64,000 bases of DNA. Source: Bdellovibrionales bacterium RIFOXYD12_FULL_39_22 (GTDB taxonomy: Bacteria; Bdellovibrionota; Bacteriovoracia; Bacteriovoracales; Bacteriovoracaceae). Made by a program: the position numbers and the translations under genes. The DNA is taken from the NCBI GenBank assembly GCA_001770205.1, contig MEQL01000044.1, positions 1-64,000 of the forward strand, in the 5' to 3' direction. The notes beneath the pieces were generated by a model, which saw only the letters and a list, made by a program, of their open reading frames with translations, was not told the DNA's origin and searched no databases. Below are positions 37,947 through 47,588 of this stretch, in pieces. Positions within the stretch are counted from its first letter, which is position 1. The number at the start of each line of letters is the position of its first letter.

Positions 37947-38997
37947 CAGTGGCCTACCTTCTAATTTTTGGATTAAGTTGATTTTTTACTCTTTAATCTT
38001 TTTGATTATTTCCTTTGTTGTTTATGCTCTGAATATTTTAGTTATACCCATTACCATTGGTTTCTTATTGGCCTTTTTATTAGGGCCTTTGGTGGGCCGT
38101 TTGGAAAGTTATGAGATTTCTCGTAGTGCTAGTATATCGTTAGTATTTGGAATAATTTTTTCCGTGTTAGGCGCATTAGTGGTGATTTTTTCACCGCTGG
38201 CCATTGAGGAAATACAGGATTTTAAGGCCAATCAAGAAAAATATAAAGAGATTGTGGTAAAAAAATATGGAGAACTAAAATTGCGTGCAGAGGCCTCTTT
38301 TCCTAACTTGATGCCTTGGAGTAAGTTGGAAGATTATCTGGCCGAACAATCGATGGAGTCTTCAGCTGGACACTTTGCGGAAGTTGCTAAGGTAGTGGCC
38401 GCTTCGGCAGAAACGGCGCTTAGTTTTATTATTATTATTCCGTTGGTAGCAATATTCTCTTTGAAAGATGGACATCTGTTTAAAAAGTGGTTAATCGGTT
38501 TTGTTCCTAATCGCTATTTTGAATTAACTAATGAGATAATTCATAATATCAACTATCAAACTGGGGCCTTTATTCGAGGACAAATTCTCGATTCCATTAT
38601 AAATTCGGTAGTAGTTTCGGCACTGCTTTTTATTGTGGGCCTGCCTTATTACATTTTCATTGGAGTCTTTGCAGGCATTGCTAATGCTATTCCGTTTGTG
38701 GGGCCCATCACTGCCGGTATTATTGGTGTACTGATTTCCATTATTACGGGTGCCTCGACACCATGGATTGTCGCACTTGTTTTTTTAGGTGCTCATCTTT
38801 TAGATGTGATGGTAATTTATCCCAAAACAGTGGGCCATAGCCTTAAGCTTCACGAGTTAGTGGTTATTTTGGGAATAATTTTAGGTGGCCATTTGGGAGG
38901 AATAGTTGGAATGTTGATTATTATCCCCATAATTGGCATTCTTTTTAGCACTACTGCCATAATGTTTAGATTGCTTAAGGGATACAATATTATTTAA
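37939..38997 (+). CDS. AI-2E family (PerM/TqsA) transporter
   Basis: LAFLLGPLV, FIRGQILD, GIANAIPFVGP, IYPKTVG and GGIVGMLIIIP. Confidence 0.88.
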   Translation: MYSSGLPSNFWIKLIFYSLIFLIISFVVYALNILVIPITIGFLLAFLLGPLVGRLESYEISRSASISLVFGIIFSVLGALVVIFSPLAIEEIQDFKANQEKYKEIVVKKYGELKLRAEASFPNLMPWSKLEDYLAEQSMESSAGHFAEVAKVVAASAETALSFIIIIPLVAIFSLKDGHLFKKWLIGFVPNRYFELTNEIIHNINYQTGAFIRGQILDSIINSVVVSALLFIVGLPYYIFIGVFAGIANAIPFVGPITAGIIGVLISIITGASTPWIVALVFLGAHLLDVMVIYPKTVGHSLKLHELVVILGIILGGHLGGIVGMLIIIPIIGILFSTTAIMFRLLKGYNII

Positions 38998-40208
38998 ATT
39001 CCATCTTCTTCTAAGAGTTCATCCAGGTGAAAATATTTTTTTCCACTTTTGCTGTGAACAAGTTCATATTCTCCCTTTTCGGTACTTACTACACCTGTTT
39101 CGGTATCGCGCAGGCCTCCGTTATCATCTTTGCTATTGTTGAAAAATTTGTACTTAACTTTGTTAATTCCTGTGACGTAAAAATTAATATACAACTTATA
39201 CTCTTTTGGACTGTTTTCGATTTTTCCCGCAATACTGGGGTGAACTTTTACCACTAATTCTTGAATATCTGGGTTAAGAGAACCAAAGGGGCTGGGTGTT
39301 TGGTAGTATTCTAAATAAGGAAAATGAAAACCATTGTAGGTGTAAGGTGGACGGGCATCTTCTAATGAAAAGCCAAAGCCCTTGCCAATTTTTATTAAAA
39401 AGCCTCTATGCGTGGTGTTGTAGGGTAAATCAAATATTCCCTTGATTTCCAAACGATAGTGCTCTTTTTTTATAAGCTCGCTTAGATCCTTTAGTATTTT
39501 TTCTTTTGCCGCAAAATCGGCACTGGCCTTGAAGTTTTGAAGTTTTAAGGGAGTATTATAGCGATCTTCTAAATTGTAGGCACCAACGACATCAAGTCCT
39601 AGATATTTGTAAAGATCCAAGGCGTTGCCTGTGCGTATATTTTTTACTAAAACATCGTATTTTTTAAAATCATCTTTTGCCGCTTGGATTTTTGCTAGCT
39701 CTTCAGGTGTTTTGGCAATATTTCGGGCCGCTTTGAAATTGAGTTTTGCAGTTAGTTCTTCGATTTTATTTTGGCGTTGGCAGTATGCTAGATTTCGCAC
39801 CACTTTGTCGTAGTTGAGGGCCTCTTTAGAAAAATTGCGCACAAAAGTATCTGCCTCTTTTTCAAAATTATAACAGTCTGTCAGAAGCGGTTGAAGTTTT
39901 TCAATCCAAAATTTTGCAGGATCCTCTTTTAGTATATTCTCTATTTCCAGATTTTTATCTTCTACCTCTTTTTTGGCAGCAGCTATTTCCAAATCTTTGG
40001 CAGCTAGCGCATTGTTTATTGCGTTGACTTGTTCCTTCATTTTTTCATTTTCAGTGTCACAATTTCCTTTTTCTGCTTTTAGAATCAGTAATTTTGCTTG
40101 AGCAGATTGCAGCTCTTTTTTTAGCTCTTTTGGATCATCACAGCCACTAAGGAACATAAAAAAAATAATCGAGATGGTAGTAAGTAAGGTTACTTTTGAT
40201 GTTGTCAT
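38994..40208 (-). CDS. Hypothetical lipoprotein with an N-terminal coiled coil
   Basis: FLSGC lipobox followed by a heptad-rich segment. Confidence 0.7.
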   Translation of the reverse strand: MTTSKVTLLTTISIIFFMFLSGCDDPKELKKELQSAQAKLLILKAEKGNCDTENEKMKEQVNAINNALAAKDLEIAAAKKEVEDKNLEIENILKEDPAKFWIEKLQPLLTDCYNFEKEADTFVRNFSKEALNYDKVVRNLAYCQRQNKIEELTAKLNFKAARNIAKTPEELAKIQAAKDDFKKYDVLVKNIRTGNALDLYKYLGLDVVGAYNLEDRYNTPLKLQNFKASADFAAKEKILKDLSELIKKEHYRLEIKGIFDLPYNTTHRGFLIKIGKGFGFSLEDARPPYTYNGFHFPYLEYYQTPSPFGSLNPDIQELVVKVHPSIAGKIENSPKEYKLYINFYVTGINKVKYKFFNNSKDDNGGLRDTETGVVSTEKGEYELVHSKSGKKYFHLDELLEEDGI

Positions 40209-40217
40209 ATTTGTTTC

Positions 40218-40646
40218 CTATAAAAAAATTTGTCCTATTTTTTCCGCCAGAGTATCAATATGAAATGGCTTGGCCATATAGGTATTTGCTCCCGCATTAA
40301 TGGCCTTGGAGATGTTGCCCTTTTCTACTTCGGCAGTGACCATGATGAAAGGAATTTTTTCAAAACGCTCATCAATACGCAATTTCATCAATAGTTTAAA
40401 ACCACTCATGCCAAACATATTCCAATCCGAGATAATAAGACCGAAAGGCCGTTTATTTTCTAGAGCACTAACAATTTTATTGAAAGCCTCTTTTCCATCC
40501 TGGGCCTCTTCAATATCTGAAAAGCCGAAGATGGTTAGAAAGTTGCGTATAATTCTGCGCATAGTGAGAGTGTCATCGACTACAATAATTTTTAAATTTT
40601 TATCCACATGCGCAGTTAGCGAAATGGCCTTCTCATAATTTTCCAA
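40218..40646 (-). CDS. CheY-like single-domain response regulator
   Basis: IIVVDD..TMRRII, IISDWNM, PFIMVTAE and YMAKPF. Confidence 0.85.
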   Translation of the reverse strand: MENYEKAISLTAHVDKNLKIIVVDDTLTMRRIIRNFLTIFGFSDIEEAQDGKEAFNKIVSALENKRPFGLIISDWNMFGMSGFKLLMKLRIDERFEKIPFIMVTAEVEKGNISKAINAGANTYMAKPFHIDTLAEKIGQIFL

Positions 40647-40780
40647 TTATATTATCCTTTGTCGAAAATATTTTATTGCATGCTAGAATTTTAACATAGG
40701 CCATTGCATAATACAGAGGGAATTTTTGCTTTTAAAGGAATTTAACCAAAGTGGTCGGCCATTTGCTTGAGGATGTTGCT

Positions 40781-43411
40781 ATGAAAAAATTGAGTTCTTA
40801 TGAGATTCGCGAAAAGTTTTTGGAATTTTTTCAGGAGATGGATCATTTAAAGATTTCTTCTTCTTCCATAATTCCCAAAAATGATAATACTTTACTTTTT
40901 ATAAATTCCGGGATGGCCCCACTAAAGCGTTATTTTTTGGGACAAGAGACTCCTCCGAAACCTCGTCTTTGTAATGTTCAGCCATGTATTCGCACCAAAG
41001 ATATTGATGACGTGGGAGATCGTCATCACCTTACTATTTTTGAGATGCTGGGAAGTTGGTCTATTGGAGATTATTACAAAGAAAAGGCCGTGGCCTTGGC
41101 CTATGATTTATTGGTTAATCGCTTGGGGTTTGATTCCAATCGTCTTTATGCCTCGGTCTATCGTGGTAATCCCAAACTTAATTTGCCGGCCGATGAGGTA
41201 TCTGCCAAGGCCTGGGAGAAGGCCGGTATAAAAAAAGAGCACATTGTTCGTTTGGGTGAGGATAATTTCTGGGGTCCGGCAGGAGATAGTGGGCCGTGCG
41301 GGCCTTGCACGGAAGTTTTTTATGATACAGGCGAGCAATTCGGCCCGGCCTATTTGCCAGGTGGAGAATTTGATACGACTAAGCGCTACATTGAGATATG
41401 GAACGCTGGGGTTTTTATGGAATTTAATAAAAGCAAGGAAGGGGAGTTTACTTCGTTGCCTTTAAAAAGTGTTGACACGGGAGCAGGATTGGAACGCTTG
41501 GCCATGATCATAAATGGGCATGAGTCAGTTTATGAAACAGATCTTTTGGCCCCTATCTTGAAGATTGTGCAAGAGCGTTATGGCGTAGAAATTCGCAAGG
41601 CCCGCATGATTACAGATCACATGCGGGCGGCAGTATTTATTTTGGCGGAGGGAGTAAATTGTAGTAATGAAGGGCAAGGATATATTCCTAGACGACTTAT
41701 TCGCAAGGTAGTGTCAGCACTAGTTAGTAGTAAAGTTTCTGATTTAAATTTGGGCCCGGTGGTAGATAAAATCATTGAAATTTTATCGCCAGTTTATCTG
41801 CATCTTAAAAACAAGCTGGATTTGGTTAAATATAATATTGGCCAAGAGGTGAAAGATTTTTATCCTGTAATTACTAATGGACTAGAGAGAATTGAAAAAG
41901 AGGTTGGACAGTTGGCCGGGAAGAAGTTTTTTTCTGGGAAAGTGGTTTGTGATTTGATGACGACCCATGGACTTCCTTTTGATGTTATTCAAAGTGATTT
42001 GAAGTATCGTGATATTGAAATTAATATGGACGAATTTGATCACGCCTACGAAGAACACAAAAAAATTTCTCGGGTTATAAAACGTGGGGATTCCAATTTG
42101 GGAGGATCTTCGTTGGATAATTTGCTAAAAGACCTTCCGCCCACGGATTTTGCTGGATATGAACAAGATCAACTTAAAGGTAAGATTACTCAAATTATTG
42201 TGGATGGAGCTTTTGTCTCTACCGTCGGGCCAGAAACTCCGGCCATTATCATTACCGATAAAACTTCTTTTTATGGAGAGTCGGGCGGCCAGGTGGGAGA
42301 CTGTGGAGTTATTTCTTCTAACGGTGCTCAGTTTCTAGTGGAGGATACGGGCAAGGAAAGAAATATATATCTGCATTATGGGAAGATGAAGGCCGGGAAG
42401 ATGAGTGTCGGCCACAGTTGTGAATTAGCGGTAGACGTAAAAAATAGAAATGCGATTAAGCGCAACCATTCGGCCACTCATCTTTTGCATGCGGCCTTGC
42501 ATAAAGTAGTGGGTATTCATGCCTTGCAAAAAGGTTCACATGTAACTGCTGATCGTTTGCGTTTTGATTTTAGTAACAATACTCAAGTCAGTTATGAGCA
42601 ACTAAAAGAGATTGAGCGACAAGTGAATGGTTTGATTTGTGCTAATATAAAACGCACTACCAATGTCATGGATTATGATAAGGCAGTGGCCTCTGGTGCC
42701 ATGGCATTGTTCGGAGAAAATTACACACAGAAAGTTCGAGTGGTTGCCCTCGGTGATAGTTCCATAGAGCTTTGCGGTGGAACACATGTTGATTACAGTG
42801 GAGAGATTGGGACTTTTTTAATTACTCAAGAAACTAGCGTTGCCAAAGGAGTTCGGCGTATTGAGGCCGTTACCGGTAGTGCGGCCATTGCATATCTGCA
42901 AGAGCAGCAATTGATGTTAAAAAACAGCGCAGATTTTTTGAAGGTGGGAGTGGATAAAGTTTTTGAGCAAGTTCAGATTTTAAAAAAACGATTAAGTGAG
43001 CAAACGAAACAAAATAACGACAGACGGAGTTTGACGTTAGAGGTAAGGCGAGAAGAGTTAGTTAAAATAAAAAATTTATTCTTTAAATTGGTTGAAGGGA
43101 AAATAGAGGAAGGAGTTTCCCTAAAAGAAATTGGTGATCAGATGATGGATAAAAAAGATGCCGATTTGCTTTGTTTACTTACGACAGATGATAAGGCGCT
43201 AAAAGTTTTTGTTTGGTCTGGGCAAAACAGTGTTGCTAAAGTTTTTGCTAATGAATTATTAGTTGAAATGTTAAGGCCGGTGGGTGGTAAGGGGGGCGGC
43301 CGGGCATCTTTTGCGCAGGGAGGAACATCTCAAGAGACGACAGAGAGCACAAATTTAATTTTTAAATTGGCCAAGACGGAAATTGCGACATGGATTGAGC
43401 GAAAGCTGTAA
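40781..43411 (+). CDS. alaS: Alanine--tRNA ligase (divergent)
   Basis: LLFINSGMAP, QPCIRT, FEMLG, GPCGPCTE and DTGAGLER; editing HSATH and ELCGGTH; GVRRIEA; DHHA1 GGKGGG. Start at ATG 40781. Confidence 0.93.
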   Translation: MKKLSSYEIREKFLEFFQEMDHLKISSSSIIPKNDNTLLFINSGMAPLKRYFLGQETPPKPRLCNVQPCIRTKDIDDVGDRHHLTIFEMLGSWSIGDYYKEKAVALAYDLLVNRLGFDSNRLYASVYRGNPKLNLPADEVSAKAWEKAGIKKEHIVRLGEDNFWGPAGDSGPCGPCTEVFYDTGEQFGPAYLPGGEFDTTKRYIEIWNAGVFMEFNKSKEGEFTSLPLKSVDTGAGLERLAMIINGHESVYETDLLAPILKIVQERYGVEIRKARMITDHMRAAVFILAEGVNCSNEGQGYIPRRLIRKVVSALVSSKVSDLNLGPVVDKIIEILSPVYLHLKNKLDLVKYNIGQEVKDFYPVITNGLERIEKEVGQLAGKKFFSGKVVCDLMTTHGLPFDVIQSDLKYRDIEINMDEFDHAYEEHKKISRVIKRGDSNLGGSSLDNLLKDLPPTDFAGYEQDQLKGKITQIIVDGAFVSTVGPETPAIIITDKTSFYGESGGQVGDCGVISSNGAQFLVEDTGKERNIYLHYGKMKAGKMSVGHSCELAVDVKNRNAIKRNHSATHLLHAALHKVVGIHALQKGSHVTADRLRFDFSNNTQVSYEQLKEIERQVNGLICANIKRTTNVMDYDKAVASGAMALFGENYTQKVRVVALGDSSIELCGGTHVDYSGEIGTFLITQETSVAKGVRRIEAVTGSAAIAYLQEQQLMLKNSADFLKVGVDKVFEQVQILKKRLSEQTKQNNDRRSLTLEVRREELVKIKNLFFKLVEGKIEEGVSLKEIGDQMMDKKDADLLCLLTTDDKALKVFVWSGQNSVAKVFANELLVEMLRPVGGKGGGRASFAQGGTSQETTESTNLIFKLAKTEIATWIERKL

Positions 43412-43423
43412 ATTACCTACAAA

Positions 43424-46400
43424 TTATGTTAGTTCTTTCCAGAAAAAGATGTAATCAAGCGCGTGTTTAAATGCTAACTGTTTCAGATTGGCATGTCCAG
43501 CATGTCCGCCATCAATGTTTTCATAATAATAAAATTGGTGGTGAAGCTCTTCAAGTTTTGCCGCAAATTTTCTAGCATGTCCCGGATGTACGCGATCATC
43601 TTTGGTAGAAGTATTTAAAAATATAGTTGGATATTTTTTGTTCGGAGGCAGATCCTTTTCAACACAGTGATAGGGGGAGATCTTGCGAATATACTCTCCA
43701 TCTTTTTCATCATCAGGATTTCCATATTCAGCAATCCAGCTATGTCCGGCCAACAGTTTATGATAACGTCGCATATCGAGCAGGGGCACTGCACAGTTTA
43801 TTGCGGCAAATAAGTCCGGGCGTTGAGTGTAGCAAACGCCCATGAGAAGGCCACCATTGCTTCCTCCCCATGCTCCGAGGTGACGGGGCGATGTGATTTT
43901 TTTTGCAAACAAGTCTTGAGCTATCGCAAAAAAATCTTCGTAGGTTTTATAACGATTTTCTTTAAGGGCACACTGATGCCATGTTGGGCCATATTCTCCA
44001 CCTCCGCGAATATTGGCCAGAACATAAACTCCACCTTTTTCTAACCAGGCAATGCCTTCAACATTTGAAAATTCAGGACACAAAGATACTTCAAAACCGC
44101 CGTAGCCATAGAGGATCGTGGGAGTATTACCATTAAAGACTAACCCTTTCTTGTGAACTAGAAAATATGGAATGGCAGTGTCATCAAAGCTTTTGACAAA
44201 ATATTGGTGGACTTCAATGTTCTTGTAATCAAAAAATGCAGGCTGGATTTTTACAACTGAAAAAGTTTCTACACCTGTCCCGAAATAATAGGAGGGCGGT
44301 GTATTAAAGGATGAATACATCACAAAAAAATTATCATTAGTGGCATCTGTGGTGAGTGCTTCGAGACTACCTTCGGAAGGAAGTTTAAGGTGGTGGCTTT
44401 GCCACGCAGATGAACTTTTTGTATAAAAATATAGATTCCCTTTGATATTTTCATTGATAATTACAAAAATCCCATTTTTGCTAATGGCCGTTGTGTGAAT
44501 CGAGCTGTTTTTTGCTGGCCGCAAAATTAATTCAATTGTTTTAGTTTGAAAGTCGTAGTGCAATAAATCACCTTGACAGAATTCTCTCCAGTTTTCTTTG
44601 ATTGTTACAAATAATGATGTGAGTGTGTGGCCTAAGTAGTCACACATTTGGGGTAAATCAATTTGTTCTGTTTTTGATGTCTCCTCGTTAAAGAGGAAAA
44701 ATTCTGAATGATAAAAGTCTATATTTCGCATCAAAATTATTTTATGCTCGGGGTTATTTGGTAAATAGAAGCTTCTTTGGAAAGCGAAGGTATCATTTTT
44801 TGAAATTTCAAAGACTGTTTTAGCGGAGGATAGTGTGCTGTTGCGCTTCCAGCGGCGGATAGTGCGAGGATATCCAGAAGCGGTTAAGGTTCCTTCTCCA
44901 AAATCGCGAGAGATAAGTATTGTATCATCATCTAACCAGACGGCCGAACCTTTGGATTTTGGTAAAACAAGGCCATCCGGCACAAATTGCAATTTAGTAA
45001 GATCAAATTCGCGTATTATATTTGCGTCGCAACCACCTGGAGACATGTAAATCAGAGCACGTTTTTGATTTGGGGAAATAGTAAAACCTTTTGGCACCCA
45101 TTTGATTTTTTCGATGTTGGAAAGTTGATCAAAGTCAATTACTGTTTCCCAGTTTGAATTATTTTTTTTGTATTCTTCGAGAGTAGTTCGTCGGAGAAGT
45201 CCCTGAGTATGCTCATCATCATACCAGGTGTTATATAAATATTCTCCATTCATATAGACGTAAGGAATTTTCTCCTTGGACTCTAGAATTTTAAGAATAT
45301 CGCTCTCTAATTTTGCAAATTCAGGGTGAGAGGTTAGTGGTTTTAGTGTGGTTTGATTTTTTTCTTTTACCCATGATATTGAGTCCTCAGATAAAACTTC
45401 TTCGAGCCAAAGATATTTATCATCTTGTTTTTTGATTACATTCATAATTTGCTCCACGGCCTTTTGGGTATTAAGATGATCCACCGTGGCCATTGGGGAT
45501 TTTACCGTTTTTTTGTAGTTTAAGTCGTAATAATTAACCATCATATCATCTAAAAATTTTTGATATTCGCCGTTATCAATGAATGCGTAAAGCATATTAG
45601 TTCGGGCAGGGCCTAGGCGTTTGGCGATATAGGAAATTTGTTCTCGTACTTGCGCAGTTGCCTCTTGGTTTTTGAAATACTCCTTTTCTAGGCGGGCCAG
45701 ACGCAATGCCAGTGGACATTCGAGAAGAATGTGATGCTCTTCTTCGAGTGCATCGAAAATAGCGGGGGGGATGGAAAATTTTCCAATGCGCTTGCTCTCT
45801 TTTTCTGAGAGAAAAACTGGCAGACGATCTTTGAATGGTAAAATTTGCAGAAAAAGATTGGTTTCAAACATCTGTTGATTGATGGGCATGGCGATCCCTT
45901 TTAGTTTAAAGCGAACTTCGCCAAAAACGGAGGAGGCGTGGCCAGCGGCACGTTCAATATGCAAAACGGGAAAAGTTGGATGGTTCTCTTCTAAGTATTC
46001 TAGAATTTCAGACTTGCCACAACCAGTTTTTCCGGAAAGAGAGATGATCTTAAATTTTGTCTCGTACATGTAGTGGTGTACAAGGCGACGAAACTCTTTT
46101 TGTCCTCCGGCAAGTTGGATAGCGTCAAAATTATTTTTTTGCAAAAGGTTAGTTGAATAGCGACTTCTTCCGCCACCTCGCCAACAAAAAACGATGATTT
46201 TCTTTTTACCATTATCAGAGCTTCGCGCGACTTGTTTTAAAAAATCAGATTCTTTTAGAGTGGCCAGGTGATAGGCGTAGTTGATCGCTTTTGCTTTTGA
46301 TACTTTGCTATAGATCAGTCCAACATCATGGCGTTCTTTATCGGTTAGAATGGGAATATTAATTGCGTATGGAATTGGGGTCTCGCTAAACTCGCGCTGG

Positions 46401-46582
46401 GATCGGACATCAATGATCACATAGTTGTTGGCACCATTTTTAACTATATCGAGAAAGGGGAGTAAATCTATTTGAGGGACTTTAGGGGCAATTTCTTTTA
46501 GCGAAACAGTTGAGAGGCATAACTGCTCAAGGAGAGCAGCAAGGTTAGCAACTTCTTGTGATTGATCATTTATCTTTTTCAT
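43424..46582 (-). CDS. Fusion of tRNA 2-selenouridine synthase (MnmH/SelU)-like and prolyl oligopeptidase (S9A) domains
   Basis: N-half has IDVRS..EF, ER..VG..Y, FCWRGGGRS, GKTGCGKS, ESKRIG, IAKRLG and YYD. C-half has DDKYLWLEE, a beta-propeller, YGYGGF, NIRGGGEYG, GGSNGG, DDRVHP and GGH. No stop between the halves. Confidence 0.85.
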   Translation of the reverse strand: MKKINDQSQEVANLAALLEQLCLSTVSLKEIAPKVPQIDLLPFLDIVKNGANNYVIIDVRSQREFSETPIPYAINIPILTDKERHDVGLIYSKVSKAKAINYAYHLATLKESDFLKQVARSSDNGKKKIIVFCWRGGGRSRYSTNLLQKNNFDAIQLAGGQKEFRRLVHHYMYETKFKIISLSGKTGCGKSEILEYLEENHPTFPVLHIERAAGHASSVFGEVRFKLKGIAMPINQQMFETNLFLQILPFKDRLPVFLSEKESKRIGKFSIPPAIFDALEEEHHILLECPLALRLARLEKEYFKNQEATAQVREQISYIAKRLGPARTNMLYAFIDNGEYQKFLDDMMVNYYDLNYKKTVKSPMATVDHLNTQKAVEQIMNVIKKQDDKYLWLEEVLSEDSISWVKEKNQTTLKPLTSHPEFAKLESDILKILESKEKIPYVYMNGEYLYNTWYDDEHTQGLLRRTTLEEYKKNNSNWETVIDFDQLSNIEKIKWVPKGFTISPNQKRALIYMSPGGCDANIIREFDLTKLQFVPDGLVLPKSKGSAVWLDDDTILISRDFGEGTLTASGYPRTIRRWKRNSTLSSAKTVFEISKNDTFAFQRSFYLPNNPEHKIILMRNIDFYHSEFFLFNEETSKTEQIDLPQMCDYLGHTLTSLFVTIKENWREFCQGDLLHYDFQTKTIELILRPAKNSSIHTTAISKNGIFVIINENIKGNLYFYTKSSSAWQSHHLKLPSEGSLEALTTDATNDNFFVMYSSFNTPPSYYFGTGVETFSVVKIQPAFFDYKNIEVHQYFVKSFDDTAIPYFLVHKKGLVFNGNTPTILYGYGGFEVSLCPEFSNVEGIAWLEKGGVYVLANIRGGGEYGPTWHQCALKENRYKTYEDFFAIAQDLFAKKITSPRHLGAWGGSNGGLLMGVCYTQRPDLFAAINCAVPLLDMRRYHKLLAGHSWIAEYGNPDDEKDGEYIRKISPYHCVEKDLPPNKKYPTIFLNTSTKDDRVHPGHARKFAAKLEELHHQFYYYENIDGGHAGHANLKQLAFKHALDYIFFWKELT

Positions 46583-46895
46583 TAGGTGATAATTTGTATC
46601 ATAGTTAAGGGGAAGACGGCCATAATTGAGAACAGATAGCTGGAACAATGTTAAGAGGGCCAAAGCTAGAGGCCCTAGCAAAGAAAAACGTCAGTCTAGG
46701 AAAGCAGAAATTATTTTCCTGTAAAAATTTCAAAAATATAGCTTCGATTGAAATTTTTGGTTATCATTCAAGTAGTAATTAACCGGGCCCGGCACACTCA
46801 AGTGATGAATACACTCAATAGTTCTGGGCCGATATCACTGATTGTATCGAGTTTTGAGACGATATTGTCAGTATAAAAAAAGGGAGGGGGGGGGG

Positions 46896-47348
46896 ATGAA
46901 GCTTATTATTATTTTAAATTTTTTTGTTATTACGTTGCTGGGCTCAATTTTTAGTTTTGCGGCCCTAGGGGCCGATTCGGTCATTTGCAGAAACGATGAT
47001 GCTGAAGAACATGGAGATAATGCGTGTGATTACTACATGATTTCTGGAAGAACAGATGATTTTAGCGGTCTACAGCTATCAACTTACAATCAGACTGCCG
47101 GCCGTACCTGCTGGTTAGTAAATCTTTTTAGCGACGCAACAGTAGTTGATCTAAAGGATGATGTGATTAAGTTGGAAGGGGTTTCTTCTAGCTCGAATGG
47201 TTGGAATAGGTCTACATATACTTATGCTGATCTCAAGTTGGACATGACTACCGGCGAAGGGATATTGTTGACTAAGGAAGGTAAAAGGCCAGAGGTACTT
47301 ATGATGTCTTGGAAAGAAGAGCGTTTGTCAAATTGTCGACGAGAATAG
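46896..47348 (+). CDS. Hypothetical secreted protein
   Basis: ATG 46896 after a G-rich SD; signal peptide; four Cys. Confidence 0.7.
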   Translation: MKLIIILNFFVITLLGSIFSFAALGADSVICRNDDAEEHGDNACDYYMISGRTDDFSGLQLSTYNQTAGRTCWLVNLFSDATVVDLKDDVIKLEGVSSSSNGWNRSTYTYADLKLDMTTGEGILLTKEGKRPEVLMMSWKEERLSNCRRE

Positions 47349-47456
47349 ATATTTTGCTTAATTAATTGATGTTGGGTGGTCGGATCCTAATTTAATTGTT
47401 CCGGTTTCGATGGATCCTTTTCTTAAATAATTACACTAAAAAAAACAGAGCCTTGG

Positions 47457-47536
47457 TGGGTATTTAAACATCTCATTAAATACCCATTAAATACCCATTA
47501 TTTTGTTTGACGCTGCCAAAATCAACATATTATCAT
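47457..47536 (+). promoter_or_regulatory. gdh promoter region: three copies of an 11-mer plus a sigma70-like promoter
   Basis: TGGGTATTTAA at 47457 is inverted relative to TTAAATACCCA at 47476 and 47487; TTGACG at 47507 and TATCAT at 47531. Confidence 0.5.
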
Positions 47537-47588
47537 TACCGGTATTCTTTTTTACTAACCGTAATAACTCTTACAAAAGGAAGGTTCT

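Noticed and set aside
46583..46681. Apparent signal peptide (MLGPLALALLTLFQL) on the MnmH-POP fusion
   Set aside because: It depends on an upstream TTG with no clear SD. ATG 46582 is more plausible, and MnmH is cytoplasmic.
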